This document shows, one piece after another, positions 56,161 through 63,869 of a stretch of 64,000 nucleotides of DNA. The position numbers and the translations under genes are program-made. The stretch's first letter is position 1, and the number at the start of each line of letters is the position of its first letter. A model generated the notes under the pieces. That model ran no database searches, had not been told where the DNA came from, and worked only from the letters and a program-made list of their open reading frames with translations. The DNA lies in assembly GCA_964544175.1 (NCBI GenBank), contig CAZJAL010000009.1:9818-73817 (forward strand), in the 5' to 3' direction. Source of the stretch: an uncultured Limnohabitans sp. (GTDB lineage: Bacteria > Pseudomonadota > Gammaproteobacteria > Burkholderiales > Burkholderiaceae_C).

Positions 56161-57423
56161 ATGAATTGTGTTTTTAAAAAAATGCGGGTTTTTCAGGCAA
56201 TTCCCTATGCGATTGTTTTGAATTGCCTCATTGCCGGCGCTCAAGCGCAAACCACTGAACCACCGAGGATTGTCTCAACTTTGGCAGAAGTGTTCAATGT
56301 TGCTTGGCTTAGGCAACCCGAAGCTCGAGCATCAAGTTTGCGCAGAGAAGCATCGGTTGCTCAAATCAATGCAGCCAATATGTTGACTTCGGAATCACCA
56401 TCGTTCGAAATAAGTCAGCGTAGCGATAGGATGAACGGCAATCAAGGCAGTCGAGAGATTGAAATTGGATTTGCCGTGCCCTTGTGGCTTCCCGGTCAGC
56501 GAAGCGCTAGTCAACAATTAGCGGAGGTTGAAAGCAGTTTTGTAGACCACAAAATCCATGCGACCAAACTTCGCCTTGCCTCAACTGTACGAGAAGCTTG
56601 GTGGAATTGGCATCGTGCGACATTGGATCGCCAGGTCGCTCTTGATCATTTAAGCAATGCTCAAAAAATCTTTAGTGATGTTACTAAACGAAAAGCAGCA
56701 GGCGATCTTGCCAAGTCTGATCAATACCAGGCAGAAGGTGCTGTTGCAGCTGCCGAGGTTCTTGTTGCACAAGCTCAAGCTGAAGTGACTGCAGCAGCTG
56801 CAGCTTTGGCGGCACTTTCTGGAATCAGTGTGCAAGTCAAATCCACTGTCAATTTAGTTTCAGAAACGCTACCAAGTTCTACTCAGTCAAAAATACATCC
56901 AACCGTTGCGGAGTTGGAGGGTCGACTTGAGGTTTTGAAAAAAACTGCTGATTTAGTCAGCACGCAAAAAAGAGCGGCACCTGAACTCACTATCGCAACT
57001 TCTCGAGAGCGAGGAGCTTTCGGTGAACGGTACGGACAAACAGTCATGTTTGGTGTCCGGATTCCATTAGGGGATGGTGCGCGCTTTGATGCTCGTTTTT
57101 CTTCTGCAAGGGCAGAAGTTGTAGAAGCGGAATCACAGCTCAATATTGAGAGAGAAAAGCTCAAATCAGAACAGTCAGTAGCAGAATTTCGTGTTCAAGC
57201 AGCGCGGACTCAACTCAGGGCAATTGAAAGACGCTCATATTTAGCAAAAGAGTCTCGTCAATTTTTCGACAAGTCTTTTAGGCTCGGTGAAACTGATTTG
57301 CCAACAAGGTTGCGAGTGGAGTCAGAGGCTTTAGAGGCTGAGCGACAACTTGCCAATAGTCAAATCAATCTTGCAGCTGCCATTTCATCTTGGCGTCAGT
57401 CGTTAGGCTTACTGCCTGAATGA
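56161..57423 (+). CDS. TolC-family outer membrane efflux protein (CzcC/CusC-like)
   Basis: 420 aa with a signal peptide and two OEP repeats of long Ala/Gln/Glu-rich coiled helices. Confidence 0.85.
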   Translation: MNCVFKKMRVFQAIPYAIVLNCLIAGAQAQTTEPPRIVSTLAEVFNVAWLRQPEARASSLRREASVAQINAANMLTSESPSFEISQRSDRMNGNQGSREIEIGFAVPLWLPGQRSASQQLAEVESSFVDHKIHATKLRLASTVREAWWNWHRATLDRQVALDHLSNAQKIFSDVTKRKAAGDLAKSDQYQAEGAVAAAEVLVAQAQAEVTAAAAALAALSGISVQVKSTVNLVSETLPSSTQSKIHPTVAELEGRLEVLKKTADLVSTQKRAAPELTIATSRERGAFGERYGQTVMFGVRIPLGDGARFDARFSSARAEVVEAESQLNIEREKLKSEQSVAEFRVQAARTQLRAIERRSYLAKESRQFFDKSFRLGETDLPTRLRVESEALEAERQLANSQINLAAAISSWRQSLGLLPE

Positions 57424-57453
57424 TGCAAATATTTAAATACTTTAGGAAAAATA

Positions 57454-57990
57454 ATGAAGTTCATTAAATCAATTTTGGTTTCGCTTCTATCTGTGATGCT
57501 TACATTGTTGAGCATTTCAAGCGTTGCAGGACCTGGACATGATCATGGTGATTCAGCACCGCAAACCCTGGGTTCCTCATCTCCTAGATTCGTCGCTGAA
57601 TCTGAAGATTTGGAGTTAGTAGGAATCGTCAATGGAAAAAAAATTACGCTTTACTTAGATCGATTTCAAAGTAATACCCCAGTTAAGGATGCAGTTATCG
57701 AAATAGATATTGCAAGCGTCAAATACAAAGCCAATCAAATTAGTGACGGTGAATTTGAAATCACCCTCAAAGATTCTTTGATGCCGGGTGTCATAGCAAT
57801 CACTGCAACAGTCCAAGTCGGCGATTTGACTGATCTTTTAGTCGGGGAACTCGATTTGCATACTGATGAAGAAGCTTCAAAAAGTGAGCGTTCGTGGAAG
57901 TCACTAATCCAATGGATCGTCATTGGATTACTCGCATTGATTGCAATCGGACTATTTGTTCGTTCACGTCAAAAAATTAGCCTTGCATAA
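57454..57990 (+). CDS. hypothetical periplasmic protein with N-terminal GPGHDHGD motif and C-terminal TM anchor
   Basis: 178 aa: signal peptide, His motif, beta-rich body (LELVGIVNGKKITLYLDRF...), then WIVIGLLALIAIGLFV near the C-terminus. RBS AGGAAAA upstream. No family recognised. Confidence 0.6.
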   Translation: MKFIKSILVSLLSVMLTLLSISSVAGPGHDHGDSAPQTLGSSSPRFVAESEDLELVGIVNGKKITLYLDRFQSNTPVKDAVIEIDIASVKYKANQISDGEFEITLKDSLMPGVIAITATVQVGDLTDLLVGELDLHTDEEASKSERSWKSLIQWIVIGLLALIAIGLFVRSRQKISLA

Positions 57991-58001
57991 GGAATCACAA
58001 A

Positions 58002-59132
58002 ATGAAATTTAAAATTATTTTTGCAAAATTTAAAGTGCTTGCGCTCGTATCAGCTTTGGGTATGGCAAGTTACGTTTCGTTGGCAACAGCTGGAGAGGGT
58101 CATGATCACGGTGGATCTGCAGTAGCTCCAAACGCTAATGGTCCGCAACGCATGGCAGACGGAAGCGTTTTTTTGCCTAAGCCAGCACAACGTCAATTAA
58201 ACGTTCGAACAACAGTCGTAGACAGTTCTGACCTGCCACGATCCTATGAGCTAAACGGACGTGTCTTGATGGATCCAAATGCAGGTGGTATGGTTCAACC
58301 AATGAATGCGGGTAGAGTTGAACCCGGTCCTAATGGATTACCAAGTCTAGGTCAAGTTGTTAAAAAAGGTCAGGTTTTGGCTTACGTTGTGCCAGCTGTT
58401 TCTTCAGTAGACCAATCTAGCCAACTTGCACAATTTGCAGAAATTCGAGCAGCAAAATCACTTGCCGAAAAAAAGCTCGCTCGGTTAGTCGAGCTGACCG
58501 ACACAGTGCCTCGCAAAGAAATTGAGGCTGCTGAAAGTGAATTGGTTAGTTTGACTGAAAGATTGAATGCAATTAACGGAGGCTTACGAGGCAAAGAAGC
58601 TCTTGTTGCACCTGTTAGTGGTGTGATAGCTTCAGCAAATGTTGTTACTGGTCAAGTCGTTGATGCGCGCGAATTAATTTTTGAAGTCACTGACCCCAAA
58701 TACATAAGACTTGAGGCATTGACTTTCGATAGCTCACTAGCATCAAACATAGGTGGCGCTACTCTTGCGCTTGGTGAAAAGCGTATTCCTCTCCAGTTTA
58801 TTGGAGCTGCAAGAAGTTTGAGAGAGCTGGCTTTGCCCTTAAACTTTTTATCTAAAAGTCCTGAATTATTGGATCTAGCGATTGGTCAATCAGTCAAGAT
58901 TTACGTCCAATCAAAGCAAAAGATTCAGGGTATTGCAGTGCCGCAATCAGCTTTGATGAAAAACGCTGCAAACCAAAGTGTTGTGTGGATCAAAACTTCA
59001 GCTGAGAAATTTGAGCCTAGAACTGTCACCTTTGAGCCTTTAGATGGCACAAGAGTCACAGTTACTTCAGGTATCAAGTCCAGTGATCGTGTGGCAACGC
59101 AAGGCGCCACCCTTATCAACCAAGTTCGCTGA
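58002..59132 (+). CDS. RND efflux periplasmic adaptor (membrane fusion protein, CzcB/CusB-like)
   Basis: 376 aa: signal/anchor, GEGHDHGG motif, then barrel-sandwich, coiled-coil hairpin and beta-barrel pattern (GRVLMDPNAGGMV..., VSGVIASANVVTGQVV). Confidence 0.85.
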   Translation: MKFKIIFAKFKVLALVSALGMASYVSLATAGEGHDHGGSAVAPNANGPQRMADGSVFLPKPAQRQLNVRTTVVDSSDLPRSYELNGRVLMDPNAGGMVQPMNAGRVEPGPNGLPSLGQVVKKGQVLAYVVPAVSSVDQSSQLAQFAEIRAAKSLAEKKLARLVELTDTVPRKEIEAAESELVSLTERLNAINGGLRGKEALVAPVSGVIASANVVTGQVVDARELIFEVTDPKYIRLEALTFDSSLASNIGGATLALGEKRIPLQFIGAARSLRELALPLNFLSKSPELLDLAIGQSVKIYVQSKQKIQGIAVPQSALMKNAANQSVVWIKTSAEKFEPRTVTFEPLDGTRVTVTSGIKSSDRVATQGATLINQVR

Positions 59133-59144
59133 AGGAGCCTCTAT

Positions 59145-62100
59145 ATGTTTAAGTGGCTACTTGATAACAGCTTAGCTAACCGATTGCTGGTAATTATTGC
59201 TGGTGTCGTGTTAATGGCTTATGGCGCGTTCACACTAACCAAAACACCAGTTGATGTTTTTCCCGATCTCAATAAGCCAACCGTAACTATCATGACTGAA
59301 GCAGGAGGTATGGCTGCTGAAGAAGTTGAGCAGTTAATTACTTTTCCGCTTGAAACTACCATGAATGGCTTACCCGGTGTTGAGTCAATTAGATCAACTT
59401 CGTCTGCAGGACTTTCTTTTTTGTACGTGACCTTCAGCTGGGAAACTGAGATTTTTCGAGCTCGTCAGTTAGTTTCAGAGCGACTGTCCTCAATGGAGGA
59501 GGGCTTGGCTGCTGGTGTTCTTCCTCGAATGGGTCCCGTCAGTTCAATTATGGGTGAAATCATGCAAATTGCTATTCCAGTTGATTCTGAAAAGATCAGC
59601 GCAATGGCTGTTCGTGAATATGCAGATTGGGTTCTTCGCCCCCGATTGCTTTCGGTACCAGGTGTGGCTCAAGTCATACCAATTGGCGGAGAAGTACGTC
59701 AGTTTCAAGTTCAGCCTGATACTGCTCGTATGGCTACCCTCGGCATAACGCACGAGCAGATTGAGAGCGCATTGAAAGGTTTTTCTGCCAATACTTCAGG
59801 AGGATTTCTTGAATTAAATGGTCGTGAATATTTAATTCGAAACATTGGACGAACTTCTTTATTGGATGATCTCAAGAATTTAGCAATCACTGCAAAGAAT
59901 GGTCAGCCTATTCTTATGCGACAAATTGCTGAAGTTACATTTGCAGCTGCTCTCAAGAGAGGTGATGCAGGATTCGAAGGCAAGCCTGCAGTTATCTTGG
60001 GAATTCAGAAGCAGCCAACTGCAGACACAATAGCATTAACCAAATCAATTGAGGATGCTTTAGTTGGACTTAAAGCTTCTCTACCTGTAGGTATGGAGGA
60101 GCCTAGAGTTACTTTCCGTCAGGCTAGTTTCATTGAAGCTTCTATTACAACTTTACAAGGTAAGTTAATTGGTGCATCTATTTTCGTTGCACTTATTTTG
60201 TTTTTCTTTTTGGGAACGTTAAGACCTACAGTCATTGCTCTTACTGCTATTCCTGTTTCAATCTTTATTACTGCATTGGTCTTTAAATATTTTGGACTGT
60301 CTATCAACACGATGACACTTGGTGGTCTTGCAATTGCAATCGGTGGATTGGTAGACGATGCTGTAGTGGGTGTAGAAAATGTTTTAAGAAGATTGAAGGC
60401 TGACAGATCAAGCTCTAATCACACTCTTAAAAGTTCTCTTGAGATTGTGGCGACTGCAACGATGGAAGTGCGTTCCGCGATACTGTATGCAACAGTAATT
60501 ATCGTTCTTGTTTTTATTCCACTATTTGCACTACCTGGACTCGAAGGTAAATTATTTGTGCCCTTGGGTATTGCATTCATTGTTTCAACGCTGGCTTCTT
60601 TGATAGTTTCAGTCACAGTGACACCGGTGCTTAGCTTCTACTTGCTTCCGCAAATGAAGAATCTTGATCACGGTGACACCAAAGTGTTGGCTTGGTTGAA
60701 GGTGCGTTACAAGTCGAGTTTGCAGAGTGTTTTAGATCGACCCAAGGTGGCATTAACGTCAGCACTTACTGCAGTTCTATTTTCAGCAATCGCAGTACCG
60801 TTTTTTCCTACGACGTTTTTGCCTCCTTTTAATGAGGGTACTTTGCTGATTGGTCTGCGATTAAACCCAGGCGTAACGTTGACAGAGTCATCCGCTTTAG
60901 CGCGTCAAGCTGAGGTGCTTGTAAAACAAGTTCCGGAGGTAACTCACGTCGGTCGACGAAGCGGGCGAGCTGAGCTTGATGAGCATGCAGAAGGCGTTCA
61001 CGTTAGCGAATTAGATGTAGGACTGAAGCCAACTTCGGAACTTACACGAAGCATGGATGAAATCAAGTCAGACATTCGTTCACGTTTGGTTAATTTGCCT
61101 GCTGCATTAGAAATTGGTCAACCGATTTCTCATCGAATAGATCACATGCTTTCAGGCGTTCGTTCCCAAATTGCAATCAAAATTTTTGGGGAGGATCTGG
61201 ATACTTTAAGAGGTCAGGCTGACGAGTTGAGGTCAAAGCTTGGTGCCATACCCGGAATTGCTGATTTACAAATTGAAAAGCAAGTACTAGCACCACAGAT
61301 CAAAGTACGAGTTGACTATGCAGCAGCTGCACAATACGGTGTACCTGTTCCACAGGTTCTAAATGCACTACAAGCGATGGTTGAGGGTGAGAAAGTCACT
61401 CAAATAGTAGAAGGTAGTCGACGATTTGCGTTGGTCGTTAAGTTGCCGGAGTCTGCAAGAACTATTGAAGGGCTTGGGCAGATTTTGATAGAGACGCCAA
61501 ATGGTCGAATTCCATTATCAAAGATTGCAAGCATTGAGGACGGTGACGGACCCAATCAGATTAGTCGCGATGATGGCAAAAGACGAATCGTTTTGTCTGC
61601 AAACGCATCTGGACGTGCGTTATCAGAAATTGTGGCTGATATCCGTAGTGTGGTTAATGAAACAAAACTTCCTGAAGGTTATTTCATAACCTTGGGTGGA
61701 CAGTTTCAAGCACAAGAAGAGGCTTCTCGATTGGTCGGGCTTCTTTCTATCGTTTCATTGACATTGATGTTCGTAGTACTTTATAGCCGTTATAAGTCGT
61801 CAGTCTTATCAGCGTTGATCATGGTTAACATTCCACTTGCACTAGTAGGCGCAGTGATTGGACTTTGGATCTCTGGACAGCCCTTATCGGTTGCAGCGTT
61901 AGTGGGTTTCATTACGCTTGCTGGTATTTCTGTGCGAAATGGAATCTTGAAAGTTAGTCACTACATTAACTTAATGCGTTTTGAAGGCGAAGGTTTCGAT
62001 CAAAAAATGATTCTTCGCGGCTCACTCGAACGTTTAAGTCCTGTACTGATGACTGCCTTGGTGACAGCTTTCGCGCTCGCACCGCTATTGTTTGAGGCTG

Positions 62101-62264
62101 AACAACCTGGAACTGAAGTTTTGCACCCTGTTGCTGTTGTGATCTTTTCAGGGCTAATTAGCTCAACTTTGTTGGATACATTTCTTACGCCACTCATGTT
62201 CTGGTTGTATGGGCGTAAGTCTGTAGAGGCTTTGTTGCAAGATAAAGATGCAGAAGCTTTTTAA
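59145..62264 (+). CDS. heavy-metal-efflux RND pump, CusA/CzcA family
   Basis: 1039 aa with 12-TM RND topology and TM4 motif AIAIGGLVDDAVVGVEN. It is collinear over long stretches with my recollection of E. coli CusA. Confidence 0.95.
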   Translation: MFKWLLDNSLANRLLVIIAGVVLMAYGAFTLTKTPVDVFPDLNKPTVTIMTEAGGMAAEEVEQLITFPLETTMNGLPGVESIRSTSSAGLSFLYVTFSWETEIFRARQLVSERLSSMEEGLAAGVLPRMGPVSSIMGEIMQIAIPVDSEKISAMAVREYADWVLRPRLLSVPGVAQVIPIGGEVRQFQVQPDTARMATLGITHEQIESALKGFSANTSGGFLELNGREYLIRNIGRTSLLDDLKNLAITAKNGQPILMRQIAEVTFAAALKRGDAGFEGKPAVILGIQKQPTADTIALTKSIEDALVGLKASLPVGMEEPRVTFRQASFIEASITTLQGKLIGASIFVALILFFFLGTLRPTVIALTAIPVSIFITALVFKYFGLSINTMTLGGLAIAIGGLVDDAVVGVENVLRRLKADRSSSNHTLKSSLEIVATATMEVRSAILYATVIIVLVFIPLFALPGLEGKLFVPLGIAFIVSTLASLIVSVTVTPVLSFYLLPQMKNLDHGDTKVLAWLKVRYKSSLQSVLDRPKVALTSALTAVLFSAIAVPFFPTTFLPPFNEGTLLIGLRLNPGVTLTESSALARQAEVLVKQVPEVTHVGRRSGRAELDEHAEGVHVSELDVGLKPTSELTRSMDEIKSDIRSRLVNLPAALEIGQPISHRIDHMLSGVRSQIAIKIFGEDLDTLRGQADELRSKLGAIPGIADLQIEKQVLAPQIKVRVDYAAAAQYGVPVPQVLNALQAMVEGEKVTQIVEGSRRFALVVKLPESARTIEGLGQILIETPNGRIPLSKIASIEDGDGPNQISRDDGKRRIVLSANASGRALSEIVADIRSVVNETKLPEGYFITLGGQFQAQEEASRLVGLLSIVSLTLMFVVLYSRYKSSVLSALIMVNIPLALVGAVIGLWISGQPLSVAALVGFITLAGISVRNGILKVSHYINLMRFEGEGFDQKMILRGSLERLSPVLMTALVTAFALAPLLFEAEQPGTEVLHPVAVVIFSGLISSTLLDTFLTPLMFWLYGRKSVEALLQDKDAEAF

Positions 62265-62294
62265 TTGTTTTTTATTTTTTAAAAGGAAAATCTC

Positions 62295-62672
62295 ATGAAA
62301 CTGAAAACGTTAATTATTTGTTCAACTTTGCTTTTTACAAATATCGCATTCGCCGGTCCGGATCATGGTGAACATAAGCCTATGAAAGGTGGAGTTTTGG
62401 CAACTGTCAAAGACGTTGATTACGAGTTAGTTGCAAATGCCACATCAATTAGTCTCTATGTTCGTGATCATGGTAAGTCAGTTGACTTGTCAAAGGCGAG
62501 TGCAAAAATTACTTTACTCACCGGCAGTGATAAACAAGAGGTTGATCTTCAGCCAACGGCTGAAAAGTTGGAATCAAAAGGAAACTTTAAGGTTAGTGCG
62601 GGTACAAAGGTAGTTGCGATTATTAATTTGCAAGGCAAATCTGCAACCACTGCTCGTTTTGTATTGAAATAA
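62295..62672 (+). CDS. hypothetical periplasmic protein with N-terminal GPDHGEH motif
   Basis: 125 aa with signal peptide ...NIAFA. The beta-rich body (YELVANATSISLYVRDHGK...) resembles the body of the 57454-57990 product. RBS AAGGAAAA upstream. Confidence 0.6.
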   Translation: MKLKTLIICSTLLFTNIAFAGPDHGEHKPMKGGVLATVKDVDYELVANATSISLYVRDHGKSVDLSKASAKITLLTGSDKQEVDLQPTAEKLESKGNFKVSAGTKVVAIINLQGKSATTARFVLK

Positions 62673-62685
62673 TTAAAGGTCTTAT

Positions 62686-63060
62686 ATGAAAATTACTACA
62701 TTAGTCTGCGCCTTAGGCGCGTTGTTTTTGACTGCATGTTCTTCTGTTGGAGGGCTTAAGTTATCTAGTACCGAAAATGTTGAGGCAAAAGTTACTCGGC
62801 AGTTGTTTGCTACCGATCAAGTTGAAATTAAATTCAATGACAAGGTATACAGGGGCGACTGGAATGCAGTGTCTGCTTCTGATGAGCAAAAATCTAAAGT
62901 TTCATTTGAGCATCGAAAGCATCTCCATTCAGTTAAGACTTTACTGAAAGCTGCTGATGGTTCTGAGATGAATTGCCTATGGATTGGGCATTCTTATTCT
63001 GCTGACGGAAAATGCTCTGTAGGTGGACGAGAATTTTCAATATCAGTTAAAAGAGGTTAA
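62686..63060 (+). CDS. hypothetical lipoprotein
   Basis: 124 aa with lipobox LFLTAC|SS. No family recognised. It is the last gene of the island operon. Confidence 0.55.
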   Translation: MKITTLVCALGALFLTACSSVGGLKLSSTENVEAKVTRQLFATDQVEIKFNDKVYRGDWNAVSASDEQKSKVSFEHRKHLHSVKTLLKAADGSEMNCLWIGHSYSADGKCSVGGREFSISVKRG

Positions 63061-63079
63061 ATTTTTGATGTGATTGAGC

Positions 63080-63106
63080 GGAAGGTGAGAATAATTCTCT
63101 CCTTCC
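63080..63106 (+). terminator. hairpin GGAAGGTGAGA-ATAAT-TCTCTCCTTCC after the island operon
   Basis: 11-bp stem with one mismatch, read directly 20 nt after the stop at 63060. The T-tract is weak. Confidence 0.45.
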
Positions 63107-63163
63107 AGCTTTATGGTTAAGTAGAGGAAAATTTCAGATTCTAGTTATCAAAACTAACAACTG

Positions 63164-63184
63164 ATCGTCCAGTAACGGGACGAT
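63164..63184. repeat. hairpin motif ATCGTCCAGTAACGGGACGAT (copy 2 of 2)
   Basis: 7-bp stem ATCGTCC/GGACGAT, in the same orientation as 55441-55461 and differing at two positions. A second hairpin ACAAAGGT...ACCTTTGT follows at 63190-63213. Confidence 0.6.
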
Positions 63185-63554
63185 AGAGAACAAAGGTACT
63201 AAAGCACCTTTGTTCAATTCGGAACATTTACTGTGCAAACCCATCCCTGAGCTTGTTGGCAGCGGCTTCTATCTGTGTGTCTAACTCTCTTTCAGTTCAT
63301 CCTGTTTTAGCTAGTCAATTTCTTGATGTTTGGATCAAACGCTAGCGGATTGAGTTTGGCATTCCCCCAAATCAGTAGACACTTTTCAAAGCGAAGATTG
63401 ACGCTGCTGCCCAAGCTCTTGGCGCTTAGTTGAGCAAGATATTTGTAGTAACTTGCTTGATTAAAAATTGCATCTGCTGTGCAATACACGTGTAATATCA
63501 ACGAGCTAAAAGTTGCTCCCTGGCTCGTTGGGAGACAGAAAACTGTCTGGAAAA

Positions 63555-63586
63555 GAAAAAAGCACTGAATAAATCAGTGCTTTTTA
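63555..63586. terminator. bidirectional intrinsic terminator AGCACTGA-ATAAA-TCAGTGCT flanked by A- and T-runs
   Basis: Perfect 8-bp stem read directly. It lies immediately 3' (on the minus strand) of the second tRNA-Asn fragment. Confidence 0.6.
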
Positions 63587-63589
63587 GAG

Positions 63590-63638
63590 TGGCTCCTCGA
63601 CCTGGGCTCGAACCAGGGACCTACGGATTAACAGAAAA
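63590..63638 (-). repeat. 49-nt direct repeat copy 2 = 3' half of tRNA-Asn(GUU), again without the tRNA 5' half
   Basis: Identical to 55171-55219 by base-by-base reading. It is followed by TATTTGTTATTTAAATTG, which cannot form the D arm or the anticodon-stem 5' strand. Confidence 0.85.
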
Positions 63639-63680
63639 TATTTGTTATTTAAATTGTTGATTTAAAACAACTATTTTTTG

Positions 63681-63699
63681 GTGCGTATTATAGTGCGTA
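63681..63699. repeat. direct repeats GTGCGTA-N5-GTGCGTA (12-nt period), with a related TGCGTAAT at 63740-63747
   Basis: Read directly, 43 nt inside the second AT-rich element. The arrangement is analogous to 55274-55293. Confidence 0.4.
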
Positions 63700-63869
63700 G
63701 TTAAGATGCAGTTTTAAACAATGCAATAGAGTTAATTACTGCGTAATTACAGTTGATGCTTAAATCTTCGTAGGTGAGCGATTGAGTGCTTGGTTTCGGA
63801 TTACATGCCGGTAGGTGGTTGCCGCTGTTGAATAAACTTTGGGGTCTTCAAGGATATTCACGTATTTAA

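Larger units (their letters stand above)
55171..63638. mobile_element. integrase-less genomic islet bounded by tRNA-Asn-derived direct repeats (CIME-like), carrying a heavy-metal RND efflux module
   Basis: Identical 49-nt repeats at both ends. Spot-counted lines inside give 35-45% GC versus about 53% in a core line. All cargo is on one strand. No integrase, excisionase or transposase ORF of 60 aa or more. Confidence 0.6.

Noticed and set aside
63307-63501. A 64-aa minus-strand ORF at the right end of the islet, considered as an integrase remnant or small gene.
   Set aside because: It has a TTG start, no RBS and no recombinase motifs (no R..HxxR..Y pattern), and the flanking frames are closed. 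It is probably spurious or an unrecognisable fragment.
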